In this document: piece after piece, positions 39,966 to 50,023 of the stretch | Layout: every line of letters starts with the position of its first letter | Numbering within the stretch: the first letter of the stretch is position 1 | Source: Alphaproteobacteria bacterium | GTDB taxonomy: Bacteria; Pseudomonadota; Alphaproteobacteria; SHVV01 | DNA length: 64,000 nt | Reading direction: 5' to 3' | Assembly: GCA_965224275.1 (NCBI GenBank) | Contig: CBDCYR010000009.1 | Span: 134,864 to 198,863 of the forward strand | The notes under the pieces: model-generated | Database searches by the model: none | What the model was told of the DNA's origin: nothing | What the model saw: only the letters and a program-made list of their open reading frames with translations | Made by a program: the position numbers and the translations under genes

Positions 39966-41885
39966 ATGTCCGATTCCGCGTCCAGCAACGCCGGCGACGC
40001 ATCCTATCGGGTGCTCGCCCGTAAATACCGGCCCACCACGTTCGCTGAGCTGGTCGGCCAGGAAATTATGGTGCGGACCCTCACCAATGCGCTCGAGAGC
40101 GGTCGGCTGGCGCACGCCTTCGTGCTGACCGGTGTGCGCGGCGTGGGTAAGACCACGACCGCGCGCATTATCGCCCGGGCGCTCAATTGCGTTGGACCCG
40201 ACGGCACCGGCGAGCCGACCGAAGCGCCGTGCGGGGTGTGTGAGCAATGCATCGCGATTAGCGAAGATCGTCACGTCGACGTATTGGAGATCGACGCCGC
40301 CAGTCATACCGGCGTCGCCGATGTTCGTGAGCTGATCGATGCGGTGCGCTACGCACCGGTATCGGCTCGCTACAAGATCTACATCATCGACGAAGTCCAC
40401 ATGCTGTCGACGCAGGCGTTCAATGCTCTTCTGAAGACACTGGAGGAGCCGCCGCCACGCGTTAAGTTCATTTTCGCAACGACCGAGATCCGAAAGATCC
40501 CGATCACGGTGCTGTCGCGCTGCCAACGCTTCGATCTGCGCCGGCTCGACGGCGATACCATGCTCGCGTTTCTCGGCGACATCGCGGCCAAAGAGGCGGT
40601 GACGGCTGAACCCGGAGCCCTGCAGCTGATTGCCCGCGCTGCCGAGGGCTCGGCGCGGGACGGCTTGTCGTTGCTCGATCAGGCCATCGCGCATGGTGGC
40701 GAAAAGATCGACGAAGCGCTGATCGGCGAAATGCTCGGCCTGGCCGATCGCGGCCGCGTGCTCGATCTGCTCGATACGTTGTTTGCCGGTGACTTACCAG
40801 CGGCACTGCAGCATTTGGCCGATATGAACGCCGCCGGTGCCGATCCTATCGTGATTGTCCAAGACCTGCTGGAGCTCACCCATTGGCTCACTCGGCTCAA
40901 GGTTACGCCGGAGGCCGGTGAGGATCTGGCGGTGGCGGAAGCCCAGCGCAAGCAAGGCCGAGAGATGGTCGACAAACTGTCGATGGCGATGATCGCACGC
41001 GCCTGGCAAATGCTGCTCAAGGGGCTGCAAGAGGCGCAGACCGCACCGATGCCGCTCATCGCGGTAGAGATGTTGCTGGTCCGTTTGGCCTACGTCGCTG
41101 ACATACCCGATCCTGCTGAACTCCTGCGCCAGGTCAAAGGCGATGAGACCGGCGATGCCAAACCGGAGACAGCGATTGAAACGCCGGTTGGCGAGGCGTC
41201 ATCTCCACCGGCAAGGCCGAGCGCAGCGGCCGACGAAGCGGTGGTCGGTGCCGCAAATGGGATGTCGGGCCCGGCATCGGCCCAGAGATCAGCCCAGAGA
41301 TCAGCCGAGAGTTCAGCCCAGAGATCGGCCCAGGCGTCTGCCCAGACATCTGCTCAGGTACGACCGCTCGAGGTGCCCAGCCCGGATCCCGTCGATCCCG
41401 TCGCTGCCAACCCCGACGGAGCTGACACGGTCGAACCGCCGACACTGGATTTATCCGATTTCGACGCCCTGGTCGCATTGGTTGAACGCCAGCGCGAGCC
41501 GACATTGCACGCTGCGCTGCTCGGTGACGTTCACCTGGTTCATTACGAACAGGGTCGGCTCGAGTTGCGGCTTGAGGATCGCGTGCCACGCGATTTCACA
41601 CACCGATTGCAAACCCTGATCGAGCAATGGACGGGGCGTCGGTGGGTGGTCAGCATCTCTGGAGAGCCGGGGGCGCCGACGATCCAGGAGCAGCGTCTGC
41701 AACACACGGCCGCGCTGCGCGAGTCCGTCGCCGATCATCCTCTCGTCGCGACGACCCTGGCAACATTTCCAGATGCAGAAATTCGCGACGTGCGTCGGGT
41801 CGGACTCGCGCAGGTCGACTACAACGACGTATTGGGCGATCAAACCGACGACGACGCGGCGTCGGACGACGGAGACGAGGTATGA
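39966..41885 (+). CDS. dnaX: DNA polymerase III subunits gamma and tau
   Basis: AAA+ motifs (RPTTFAELVGQE...GVRGVGKTTTARIIARALNC...YIIDEVHMLS...SRCQRFDL); 639 aa with a low-complexity linker. Confidence 0.95.
   Translation: MSDSASSNAGDASYRVLARKYRPTTFAELVGQEIMVRTLTNALESGRLAHAFVLTGVRGVGKTTTARIIARALNCVGPDGTGEPTEAPCGVCEQCIAISEDRHVDVLEIDAASHTGVADVRELIDAVRYAPVSARYKIYIIDEVHMLSTQAFNALLKTLEEPPPRVKFIFATTEIRKIPITVLSRCQRFDLRRLDGDTMLAFLGDIAAKEAVTAEPGALQLIARAAEGSARDGLSLLDQAIAHGGEKIDEALIGEMLGLADRGRVLDLLDTLFAGDLPAALQHLADMNAAGADPIVIVQDLLELTHWLTRLKVTPEAGEDLAVAEAQRKQGREMVDKLSMAMIARAWQMLLKGLQEAQTAPMPLIAVEMLLVRLAYVADIPDPAELLRQVKGDETGDAKPETAIETPVGEASSPPARPSAAADEAVVGAANGMSGPASAQRSAQRSAESSAQRSAQASAQTSAQVRPLEVPSPDPVDPVAANPDGADTVEPPTLDLSDFDALVALVERQREPTLHAALLGDVHLVHYEQGRLELRLEDRVPRDFTHRLQTLIEQWTGRRWVVSISGEPGAPTIQEQRLQHTAALRESVADHPLVATTLATFPDAEIRDVRRVGLAQVDYNDVLGDQTDDDAASDDGDEV
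41281..41356 (+). repeat. in-frame tandem repeat, about 6 copies of the 12-bp unit cccagagatcag, encoding (SAQR)n in the tau linker of dnaX
   Basis: cccagagatcag/cccagagatcag/ccgagagttcag/cccagagatcgg/cccaggcgtctg/cccagacatctg read directly; protein SAQRSAQRSAESSAQRSAQASAQTSAQ. Confidence 0.85.
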
Positions 41886-42208
41886 AGAATATTAGTCAGA
41901 TGCTCAAACAGGCTCAGCAGGTCCAGTCGCAAATGGCGGATATGCAGGCTCAGCTTGCCGAGATCGAAATCAGCGGCCGGGCGGGAGGCGATATGGTCAC
42001 CGTCACACTCAACGGCAAAGGCGAGATGCGCCGCCTCAAGATCGATCCGACGGTGTTCGCGAGCGGCGACGCCGAAGTCATCGAAGACCTGATTGTCGCG
42101 GCGCACAATGATGCCCGCACCAAAGTTGAAAAGCACATGGCTGAAGAGATGGCCAAGCTGACCGGCGGACTGAGTTTACCGGAAGGGTTCAAGCTGCCGT
42201 TTAGCTAG
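41882..42208 (+). CDS. ybaB: nucleoid-associated protein YbaB/EbfC
   Basis: 108 aa (MKNISQMLKQAQQVQSQMADMQAQLAEIEISGRAGGDMVTVTLNGKGEMRRLKIDP...); start overlaps the dnaX stop (ATGA); conserved dnaX-ybaB-recR order. Confidence 0.9.
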   Translation: MKNISQMLKQAQQVQSQMADMQAQLAEIEISGRAGGDMVTVTLNGKGEMRRLKIDPTVFASGDAEVIEDLIVAAHNDARTKVEKHMAEEMAKLTGGLSLPEGFKLPFS

Positions 42209-42225
42209 TGGATTTCATCCACTAG
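42205..42225. repeat. perfect palindrome CTAGTGGAT-TTC-ATCCACTAG (9-3-9) overlapping the ybaB stop codon
   Basis: Exact inverted repeat; best-preserved copy of the motif also seen at 1898, 9247 and (half-site) 22394. Confidence 0.6.
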
Positions 42226-42279
42226 GGGCGCTTCAGTCGACCCGATCGTGGCATGCGTTAGAGGTCTTCACGGGCACAG

Positions 42280-42903
42280 GTGATGAGCGAACCAAGTCTT
42301 GGTGGGCCTGAGATCGAAGGCCTGATTCGGTTGTTGGCCAAGTTGCCCGGTCTCGGACCGCGTTCAGCCCGGCGGGCCGTTCTCCATCTCATCCGCAACA
42401 AGGACGGCTTGCTCACGCCACTCGCCAACGCGCTGCATGCGACCGCCGCGAACGTCGCGATCTGCGCCAATTGCGGCAATGTCGATACCGTCGAACCCTG
42501 TACGATCTGCCAGGACCCGCGGCGCGACGGCAGCTTGTTGTGCGTCGTCGAAGAAGTCGCGGATCTGTGGGCGTTGGAACGTGCCCAGACCTATCAAGGT
42601 CGGTATCACGTCCTCGGCGGCACCTTGTCCGCTCTGGACGGCGTCGGTCCCGACGATCTGCGCATCCCCACCCTCGTTACGCGGGCCCGCGCTCCCGAAA
42701 TCAGCGAGGTTATCCTCGCGACCAACGCAACGGTCGATGGACAGACCACCGCCCACTACATCTCGGATGCGCTCGAAGAGTGTACGGTCGTGGTGTCGCG
42801 TCTGGCTCACGGTGTTCCGGTTGGCGGCGAGCTCGACTATCTCGACGACGGCACGCTCTCGGCGGCGTTCGCCGGTCGCAAACGGATTAGCGACTCTCCG
42901 TAA
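42280..42903 (+). CDS. recR: recombination protein RecR
   Basis: HhH motif ([14 protein letters not shown]), C4 zinc finger ([16 protein letters not shown]) and Toprim domain; 207 aa. Confidence 0.9.
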   Translation: MMSEPSLGGPEIEGLIRLLAKLPGLGPRSARRAVLHLIRNKDGLLTPLANALHATAANVAICANCGNVDTVEPCTICQDPRRDGSLLCVVEEVADLWALERAQTYQGRYHVLGGTLSALDGVGPDDLRIPTLVTRARAPEISEVILATNATVDGQTTAHYISDALEECTVVVSRLAHGVPVGGELDYLDDGTLSAAFAGRKRISDSP

Positions 42904-44043
42904 ACGGGATCTGTAGTTCGGGCTGGTCGTCGTCGATCGCTTTCTCGGTCAAGTCTTCACCCAACTTTTCGCCCAACTTTTCACCGAGTTCGATGTCGAC
43001 GATCATCTGGCCGCGACGCCCAATCTTGTTGGTCGACGTGAAAATCTGATCGACATCCTCACTCGCCTGTTTGAAGTGACGTTGCAATCGGCCGACGCGC
43101 TCGCCCAAACGCGAGACGTCTTCGAGCATTTTTCGCACTTCGCTTTGAATGACCGCGGCTTGTTCGCGCATGTTGGCGTCTTGTAATACGGCGCGAACTG
43201 TATTGAGCGTCGCCATGAGCGTCGTCGGCGAAACGATCCAAACGCGGGCTCGATATGATTGCTGCACGAGGTCGGGGAAGTTCGCATGCAGTTCTGCGTA
43301 AATTGCTTCCGACGGTAGAAACATCAGCGCGGATTCGGCGGTTTCTTCGGGCACGATATAGCGCTCCGAAATGTCCTTGATGTGCTTGAGGATATCGCGG
43401 CGGAAGGTGCTCGCGGCTTGGTTCTTCTGCTGTTCATCGGCAGCCGCGCGAAGGGCTTCGAACCCTTCGAGCGGAAACTTCGCATCGACCGCAATCGGCC
43501 CTGGCGGCATCGGCAGCTTGATCACGCAGTCGGCGCGCCGGCCGTTCGAAAGCGTCGCTTCAAATTGATAGGCCGAAGGCGGCAGGGCGTTGCGCACGAG
43601 GTCGCGAAGTTGCACGTTGCCGAAGGCGCCGCGGGCCTGCTTGTTGGAAAGAATGTCTTGCAACCCAACCACCTGCCCGGACAGTTCGGTGATGTTCTTT
43701 TGTGCCTCATCGATGATATTGAGATGCTTGCGCAATTCGCCGAGGGTTTCGGCGGTTTTGTTCGACGTTTGGGTGAGGCTGTCACCGAGCCGTTTCGACA
43801 CCGAATCCAGGCGTTCGTTCAACCCTTGACTGAGGCTCGCCTGCCGCGTCTCTGAATCGGTGGCGAGTTGGTCGAAACGGCCGGCAAGCTCGCTCTGGGT
43901 GTGCAACACCGAAGTGACCGCGCGGGCAAGGTATTCGGTATCGTTTTGGAACTGCCGCATCTGCCGGATCATGATCACCAATCCGACCACGACCACGGCA
44001 ATGATAATCACGGTGTAGAGAAGGCCCGGCTCTTCCATCATGC
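42887..44043 (-). CDS. rmuC: DNA recombination protein RmuC
   Basis: N-terminal TM segment then long coiled coil and a conserved RmuC C-terminal domain; start assigned to ATGATG at 44043/44040 ([21 protein letters not shown]). Confidence 0.8.
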
Positions 44044-44162
44044 TCTCTGCTACTCGAATGCCCACCATATCACGGCCGGGGACAGCGGTGGTGGTCGGTA
44101 CCGGCTTGACGCTTAATTGGCGCTGTCCTACCAAGGTGGCTGCGACGTCAACACGAAAAGCT

Positions 44163-44687
44163 ATGTCTCAGCTGCCTATTATTATTGCGCCCGACCCGCG
44201 CCTAAAGGTCAAATCCGAGCTCGTCGAGGAGATCGATGATGCCGTTCGGTCGCTGATCGATGACATGGTCTCAACCATGTATGCGGCGCCAGGCGTCGGC
44301 CTGGCGGCGGCGCAAGTGGGCACGCACAAGCGTATCATCGTCGTCGATCCCCAGGACGGGAACGGCAATCCGCGACAGACGCGTTTGATAAATCCCGAGA
44401 TCATCGCCGTTTCGGATAATGCTGTTATGCGCGAGGAGGGCTGCCTTTCGCTGCCCGAATTCTATGAGCCGCTTGAGCGACCGGATGAGGTTGAGGTGCG
44501 TTACACCGACTACGACGGCAACGAGCAGTCGCTTGCCGCCAACGGTCTGCTGGCCCGGTGTATCCTGCACGAGCTAGATCATCTTGACGGCATCATCTTC
44601 GTCGACCACATGAGCGCCGTGAAACGAAACATTATTCTGCGCAAACTCACCAAGATCAAAAGACAACAGCTCCGCGAGAGCGCGTAA
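44163..44687 (+). CDS. def: peptide deformylase
   Basis: Start at MSQLPIIIAPDPRL; motifs GVGLAAAQVG, EGCLSLP and HELDHLDG. Confidence 0.9.
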   Translation: MSQLPIIIAPDPRLKVKSELVEEIDDAVRSLIDDMVSTMYAAPGVGLAAAQVGTHKRIIVVDPQDGNGNPRQTRLINPEIIAVSDNAVMREEGCLSLPEFYEPLERPDEVEVRYTDYDGNEQSLAANGLLARCILHELDHLDGIIFVDHMSAVKRNIILRKLTKIKRQQLRESA

Positions 44688-44701
44688 TCGCGGCAACAGG
44701 G

Positions 44702-45640
44702 ATGCCCGAATCGCTTAACCTGGTGTTCATGGGAACCCCGGACTTTGCCGTGCCGACCCTGCAGGCGCTGATTGTCGCGGGGCACGAGATCCGCGCTGTT
44801 TATACCCAACCACCGCGCCCGGCCGGCCGCGGCCACAAAGAACGCCGCTCCGCCGTGCATGAAATTGCCGCCGCGAGCGGCATACCCGTGCGCGTTCCAA
44901 GCAGTCTCAAGCCGGTCGAGGTTCATGACGCGTTTGCGGCTTGCGATGCCGATGCCGCGGTCGTGGTGGCCTATGGCCTGCTATTGCCAAAATCGATCCT
45001 GGAGGCGCCCAGATTGGGTTGCGTTAATCTCCATGCATCGCTGTTGCCCAGGTGGCGGGGCGCCGCCCCGATCCAGTGGGCGATCCTAAGCGGCGATACC
45101 GAAACCGGCGTATGCGCGATGATGATGGAGGCGGGCCTCGATACCGGCCCGGTGCTGGGCTGCCAGCGAGCCCCGATCGGACCGATGACCACGGCCGGCG
45201 AACTGCACGACAACCTAGCCTCCTTGGGTGCGCCGCTCATGCTCGAAATGCTCGCCGGTTTGGCCGATGGTAGCGTTGCACCGACGCCGCAGCCCGACGT
45301 GGGTATCACCCGGGCGCCGAAAATACTGCCTGGTGATTCGCGTCTCGATTGGGGTCGATCCGCGACCGAGCTCGAACGTGTCGTTCGCGCGATGGCGCCG
45401 ACGCCGGGTGCCTGGTTCGAGCACGACGGTGCCCGCATCAAGGTTACGTTGGCGCTCGCCGCAGACTCCGTCGAGGAGGTTGCGCCCGGCACCGTGATCG
45501 ACGAAGAACTGACCGTGCGATGCGGGGCGGGCGGCCTGCGATTGCTGCGCCTGCAGCGGGCCGGACGTAAACCGATGTCGGCGACGAATTTTCTGCGTGG
45601 CTACCAGCTCGATCGCGGCACGATCTTGCCGCCGCCTTGA
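44702..45640 (+). CDS. fmt: methionyl-tRNA formyltransferase
   Basis: LVFMGTPDFAVPTLQAL...formyltransferase core with SLLPRWRGAAPI; def-fmt pair. Confidence 0.9.
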   Translation: MPESLNLVFMGTPDFAVPTLQALIVAGHEIRAVYTQPPRPAGRGHKERRSAVHEIAAASGIPVRVPSSLKPVEVHDAFAACDADAAVVVAYGLLLPKSILEAPRLGCVNLHASLLPRWRGAAPIQWAILSGDTETGVCAMMMEAGLDTGPVLGCQRAPIGPMTTAGELHDNLASLGAPLMLEMLAGLADGSVAPTPQPDVGITRAPKILPGDSRLDWGRSATELERVVRAMAPTPGAWFEHDGARIKVTLALAADSVEEVAPGTVIDEELTVRCGAGGLRLLRLQRAGRKPMSATNFLRGYQLDRGTILPPP

Positions 45641-46422
45641 TGCCTCGCTACCGGCTCATTGTTGAGTATGACGGCAGCGACTATGTCGGCTGGCAGCGCC
45701 AAGCCAATGGCGCCTCGATTCAGCAATCGCTCGAACAAGCGATCGCATCCTACTGCAGCGAAACCACCAGAGTATTCGCGGCCGGACGCACCGATGCGGG
45801 CGTGCATGCGCTGCGCCAGACTGTCCATGCCGATATCGCGCGCGGCGATCCCGCGTCGACAGTTCAGAAGGCCGTCAACTTTCACCTGAAAGATGAGCCT
45901 ATTAGCGTGCTCGATGTTGTAGAAGTCGATGCGGATTTCCATGCCCGCTTCTCAGCGACGGCGCGCCAATATCTCTATCGAATTCTCAATCGACCCGCGC
46001 CACCGTCGCTCGATATACTTCGTGTTTGGCACGTGCCGCGAAAATTGAACGTTCGAGCCATGAATCGGGCGGCGCAACGCCTGATCGGCAACCACGATTT
46101 CACAACCTATCGATCGAGCCAGTGCCAGGCTGATTCGCCGGTCAAAACTCTCGACCGGTTGGTCGTGGTCCGCCATGGCAATGACGTGCAGATTACCGCT
46201 CGCGCGCGTTCGTTCCTGCACAACCAAGTTCGATCGATGGTTGGGGCGCTGAAACTAGTCGGTGAGGGGCGTTGGAAGGAGGCGGCGGTAACCGAGGCGC
46301 TAGAGGCCCGTGATCGGACGGTGGCGGCGCCAACCGCACCTCCGTGGGGGCTCTATCTTGCCGATGTTGACTACACGCAGGTAGCGCCAACCACCGCAAC
46401 GAGCGCCGACAGACGGGATTGA
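45637..46422 (+). CDS. truA: tRNA pseudouridine(38-40) synthase
   Basis: RYRLIVEYDGSDYVGWQRQ...AGRTDAGVHA catalytic Asp motif; overlaps the fmt stop. Confidence 0.9.
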   Translation: MMPRYRLIVEYDGSDYVGWQRQANGASIQQSLEQAIASYCSETTRVFAAGRTDAGVHALRQTVHADIARGDPASTVQKAVNFHLKDEPISVLDVVEVDADFHARFSATARQYLYRILNRPAPPSLDILRVWHVPRKLNVRAMNRAAQRLIGNHDFTTYRSSQCQADSPVKTLDRLVVVRHGNDVQITARARSFLHNQVRSMVGALKLVGEGRWKEAAVTEALEARDRTVAAPTAPPWGLYLADVDYTQVAPTTATSADRRD

Positions 46423-46451
46423 GGCGACGGGCCGATCTGTCGCGAGGAACC

Positions 46452-47018
46452 TTAGAAAAGCTTTTGGACGCCCCCGTAAAGCAGCAAATCGATGATCACC
46501 TCGAGGATCACCAGAGCGGCTGCGGTCAGCCCGTCGGCACCCAGCGCAACCCGCGCGATAAACCAACGATAGCCAAAGACGGCGAAGGTGACGGCCAAGA
46601 GCGCAAAATCGACCAAGCCGTGTGGCACCAGGCCGAGGATCGCCGGCAACATGATCGGCACGATAAGCAAGGCTGGAATCACGTGCGACCAGTTATACGC
46701 AATGATGTAGCTCACGTAATATTCGGTGAGGCTCATCAGGCGGCACACCAGTAATGCGACCACGGGAAACACAACCCAACCCAGCCCATAGCTAATCAGC
46801 TCGGTCGTTATGGTGTGGCCGATGTCGATCTCATCGGCGGATACCATCGAGCGGAATATCAGCGCTGGTGCCAGTAGCGGGGCCACCAAAACCGCAACGA
46901 AGAACGAGCGCCAAAATCCCTGGATGGAATGGTTGAACCAATTCATTCCCTGGCGATCGACCCGCGCCAGACGCCAAGCCCCGTATATCGAGGAGGAGAT
47001 TTCCTTGGTCGATAACAT
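46452..47018 (-). CDS. hypothetical integral membrane protein (4-5 predicted TM helices)
   Basis: 188-aa ORF, hydrophobic throughout after a short N-terminal segment; no recognisable motif. Confidence 0.5.
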   Translation of the reverse strand: MLSTKEISSSIYGAWRLARVDRQGMNWFNHSIQGFWRSFFVAVLVAPLLAPALIFRSMVSADEIDIGHTITTELISYGLGWVVFPVVALLVCRLMSLTEYYVSYIIAYNWSHVIPALLIVPIMLPAILGLVPHGLVDFALLAVTFAVFGYRWFIARVALGADGLTAAALVILEVIIDLLLYGGVQKLF

Positions 47019-47029
47019 GCGCGCGCCGT

Positions 47030-48205
47030 TCAGGCCGCGAAGTATCTGTCGAGCACTGTCTTGTAGACGCGCGTCAAGGCGCCGATATCGGCGATGGCGG
47101 CGCGTTCGTCGACCTTGTGCATGGTTTGACTAATGAGGCCGAATTCAGCGACCCGGCAGTAGTCCTTGATAAAGCGGGCATCCGACGTGCCGCCGGTCGT
47201 GCTCAACGTCGGTTCGCGACCGAGCGTGTCCTTGACGGCGGCCGAGAGCAGTTCGGAAAACGCTCCTGGCGGTGTCAGGAAGGCCTCGCCGGTGACATGG
47301 GTTTCGAGGTCGTAATCACCGCCCACCGCGTCGAACGTTGATCGTAGCCAGGCAATAAGGGACTCCGAGGTGTGCTTGGTGTTGAAGCGAATGTTGATCG
47401 TCGCCTTGGCTCGTGCCGGGATGACGTTGGTCGCGGGATTGCCAACATCGATTGATGTCACTTCGAGGTTGGATGGTTGGAAATGTTCGGCGCCATCATC
47501 AAGGGGCGTGGCGGCGATCGCGTCGAGCATCTCCAAGAGGCGAGGAATGGGGTTGTCGGCGAGATGCGGGTACGCCACATGACCTTGGGTTCCGTTGACG
47601 GTGAGCCATGCGCTCACGCTGCCGCGCCGACCGATCTTGATCATTTCGCCCAAATCGTTGGGATTGGTGGGTTCGCCGACCAGGCAATCATCCAACGTTT
47701 CACCTTGCGCCGTCATCCACTCCAGCACTTTCTTGGTGCCGTTGATCGCCGCGCCTTCCTCATCACCGGTAATCAGCAGGCTGACTGATCCAGCCAATGT
47801 GCCGTCGTGCTCATTTAGGAACTCCGCGAGCGCTGCAACGAACGCCGCGATTGCACCTTTCATATCGGTTGCGCCGCGCCCGATTAGATTTTCATCGATG
47901 ATTTCCGCCGCGAAGGGGTCGACCACCCAATCCGCCCGATCACCCTCTGGCACGACGTCGGTATGGCCGGCGAAGCAGAAGTTGGGCGCTTCCGTGCCGA
48001 TGCGGGCGTAGAGATTATCAACCCGTTCGGTGCCGGGAGCCTGGAACGGGAGCCGGTGGCAAGTAAGCCCGCAACTTTCGAGAACGCCGCCCAACACAGT
48101 GAGCGCACCACCTTCGCGCGGCGTCACGCTCTCGCAGCGTATCAATTCGACCGCGAGTTCAACCGGATTAATGGAGCGCACATTCGCCATGGGCGGGATC
48201 AGCAC
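47030..48205 (-). CDS. dapE: succinyl-diaminopimelate desuccinylase
   Basis: M20 peptidase/DapE sequence ([20 protein letters not shown]...HTDVVPEGD...GRGATDMKG...); adjacent to dapD. Confidence 0.9.
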   Translation of the reverse strand: MLIPPMANVRSINPVELAVELIRCESVTPREGGALTVLGGVLESCGLTCHRLPFQAPGTERVDNLYARIGTEAPNFCFAGHTDVVPEGDRADWVVDPFAAEIIDENLIGRGATDMKGAIAAFVAALAEFLNEHDGTLAGSVSLLITGDEEGAAINGTKKVLEWMTAQGETLDDCLVGEPTNPNDLGEMIKIGRRGSVSAWLTVNGTQGHVAYPHLADNPIPRLLEMLDAIAATPLDDGAEHFQPSNLEVTSIDVGNPATNVIPARAKATINIRFNTKHTSESLIAWLRSTFDAVGGDYDLETHVTGEAFLTPPGAFSELLSAAVKDTLGREPTLSTTGGTSDARFIKDYCRVAEFGLISQTMHKVDERAAIADIGALTRVYKTVLDRYFAA

Positions 48206-48207
48206 CG

Positions 48208-49053
48208 TTAGTCGCGCAGCAATTCGTTAACCGACGTCTTCGATCGGGTCGAGGCGTCAACCTGTTTGACGATGACCGCGCAGTAAAGACTGGGGCCGGG
48301 AGTTCCGTCCGGCAACGGCTTGCCGCCTGTGCTCCCGGGGACGACTACCGAATAGGCGGGGACGCGGCCGAAATGTACGTCGCCCGTCGCCCGATCGATA
48401 ATTTTGGTGGAGGCACCGATATATACCCCCATCGCCAGCACCGAGCCCTGTTCGACAATGACACCTTCGGCGACCTCCGAGCGCGCGCCAACGAAGCAAT
48501 CGTCCTCGATCACCACCGGGTTCGCCTGCAGGGGCTCGAGAACGCCGGCAATCCCGGCACCTCCGGAAATGTGGCAGTTCTTGCCAACTTGGGCGCAACT
48601 CCCAACGGTCGCCCAGGTATCTATCATGGTGCCGCTATCGACATAAGCGCCGAGATTGACGAACGAGGGCATCAAAACCACGCCCGGCGCGATATATGCT
48701 GAATGGCGTACAACACAACTTGGCACAGCGCGAAACCCGGCCTCGCGGAAGTCCTTGTCCTCCCATCCGGCGAACTTGGATTCAACCTTATCGAACCACC
48801 CCGTCTTATCGCCCGGACCGCCTGCGATGGTCGTCATGTCGTTCAGTCGAAACGACAACAAGACCGCTTTCTTGAGCCATTGATTGACATGCCAGGCGCC
48901 GTCGCGTTTCTCCGCGACACGCATTTCGCCGCGATCCAGCGCGTTCATCGCGGTTTCGATCGCATCTCGGACCTCGCCGCCGGTGTCGATTGAAATTGTC
49001 TCGCGCTGCTCCCACGCCTGGTTGATCGGGGCTTCGAGCTCGGCAGCCGTCAT
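48208..49053 (-). CDS. dapD: 2,3,4,5-tetrahydropyridine-2,6-dicarboxylate N-succinyltransferase
   Basis: Left-handed beta-helix hexapeptide repeats and the conserved DapD N-terminus (AWEQRETIS...[24 protein letters not shown]). Confidence 0.9.
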   Translation of the reverse strand: MTAAELEAPINQAWEQRETISIDTGGEVRDAIETAMNALDRGEMRVAEKRDGAWHVNQWLKKAVLLSFRLNDMTTIAGGPGDKTGWFDKVESKFAGWEDKDFREAGFRAVPSCVVRHSAYIAPGVVLMPSFVNLGAYVDSGTMIDTWATVGSCAQVGKNCHISGGAGIAGVLEPLQANPVVIEDDCFVGARSEVAEGVIVEQGSVLAMGVYIGASTKIIDRATGDVHFGRVPAYSVVVPGSTGGKPLPDGTPGPSLYCAVIVKQVDASTRSKTSVNELLRD

Positions 49054-49130
49054 GTGTGTCCTCCGAGGGTTAGAAAAGCGGGCCTACCGGCCAAAAACAA
49101 GGCGCGACAATAACTCTGGTCGGCCCCCTG

Positions 49131-49859
49131 TCAACCGCCGCCAATCGCGTGTTGACGATGCCGCCCGACCGAGCTCAGCCAGGCCGCCAGATCGTCGACG
49201 ACGAAGTCGATATGGTCCCCGTCGGCACCCTGCTGAGAGAAATCGGTGTGATTTGGCAACCATACGGTGACCATCCCGAGCGCCGCCGCCGGTTCGAGGT
49301 TGCGGGCGGAGTCTTCAAACATCGCCGCGCGTCGTGGCTCGACCGCACATGTTTGGATCATATGCTCATAAACCTGCCGATGCGGCTTGGGCACATAGGC
49401 GGAACTCTCGATCGAAAATAGATGTTCGAAGTGATGCCGAATGCCAAGGCGATTGAGCACCCGTTCGGCGTGGTCTCGGTTGGCGCTGGTGAAAATCAAT
49501 TTCCGCCCTGTAAGCGCGCCCAGTGCGGCATCCAATGCCGTGTTTTGCCCGATCACAGTCACATCGATATCGTGGACGAAAGCGAGATAGTGATCGGGAT
49601 CGGTTGCGTGATTCGTCATCATCCCGCGCAGTGTGCTGCCATGATGGCGAAAGTAATCCCGGCGCACACGTTCGGCCGCCACCATTTCGAGATCGAGCGC
49701 GGTTGCGACGAATTTTGTTATCCGTTCGCTCACCTGTTTAAAGAGCTCGGTTTTGGCCGAATATAGGGTGTTGTCGAGATCGAAGACCCAGTCCTCAACG
49801 TGCGTGACACCTGAGAACTCATTGTTTTCAGGGCCTTTTTTCCGAGAATCTCTCATCAT
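49131..49859 (-). CDS. HAD-superfamily pyrimidine 5'-nucleotidase-like hydrolase
   Basis: HAD motif I (WVFDLDNTLY) near the N-terminus; 242 aa. Confidence 0.7.
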   Translation of the reverse strand: MMRDSRKKGPENNEFSGVTHVEDWVFDLDNTLYSAKTELFKQVSERITKFVATALDLEMVAAERVRRDYFRHHGSTLRGMMTNHATDPDHYLAFVHDIDVTVIGQNTALDAALGALTGRKLIFTSANRDHAERVLNRLGIRHHFEHLFSIESSAYVPKPHRQVYEHMIQTCAVEPRRAAMFEDSARNLEPAAALGMVTVWLPNHTDFSQQGADGDHIDFVVDDLAAWLSSVGRHRQHAIGGG

Positions 49860-50023
49860 CGCGGGTCGTACAGCATGGTGTTGAAGCCGATTGTTACGCC
49901 GGCCACGATAGCGGTGCCGGTTGGCGGTGTTCTAGTCCTAATGTGATAGTCTGCACAGCGCGACAACGCCGAAAAGCATACATTCGGCGGGTAGAAACGT
50001 GTGAGCAGAGCGGCCCCGGTGCG

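Noticed and set aside
39900-40694. 264-aa minus-strand ORF overlapping ffs and dnaX
   Set aside because: Antisense to dnaX and overlapping the SRP RNA gene; spurious.
41281-41356. Possible CRISPR-like repeat array
   Set aside because: The repeats are contiguous 12-bp units without spacers, in frame inside dnaX; no cas genes are present. It is a coding microsatellite.
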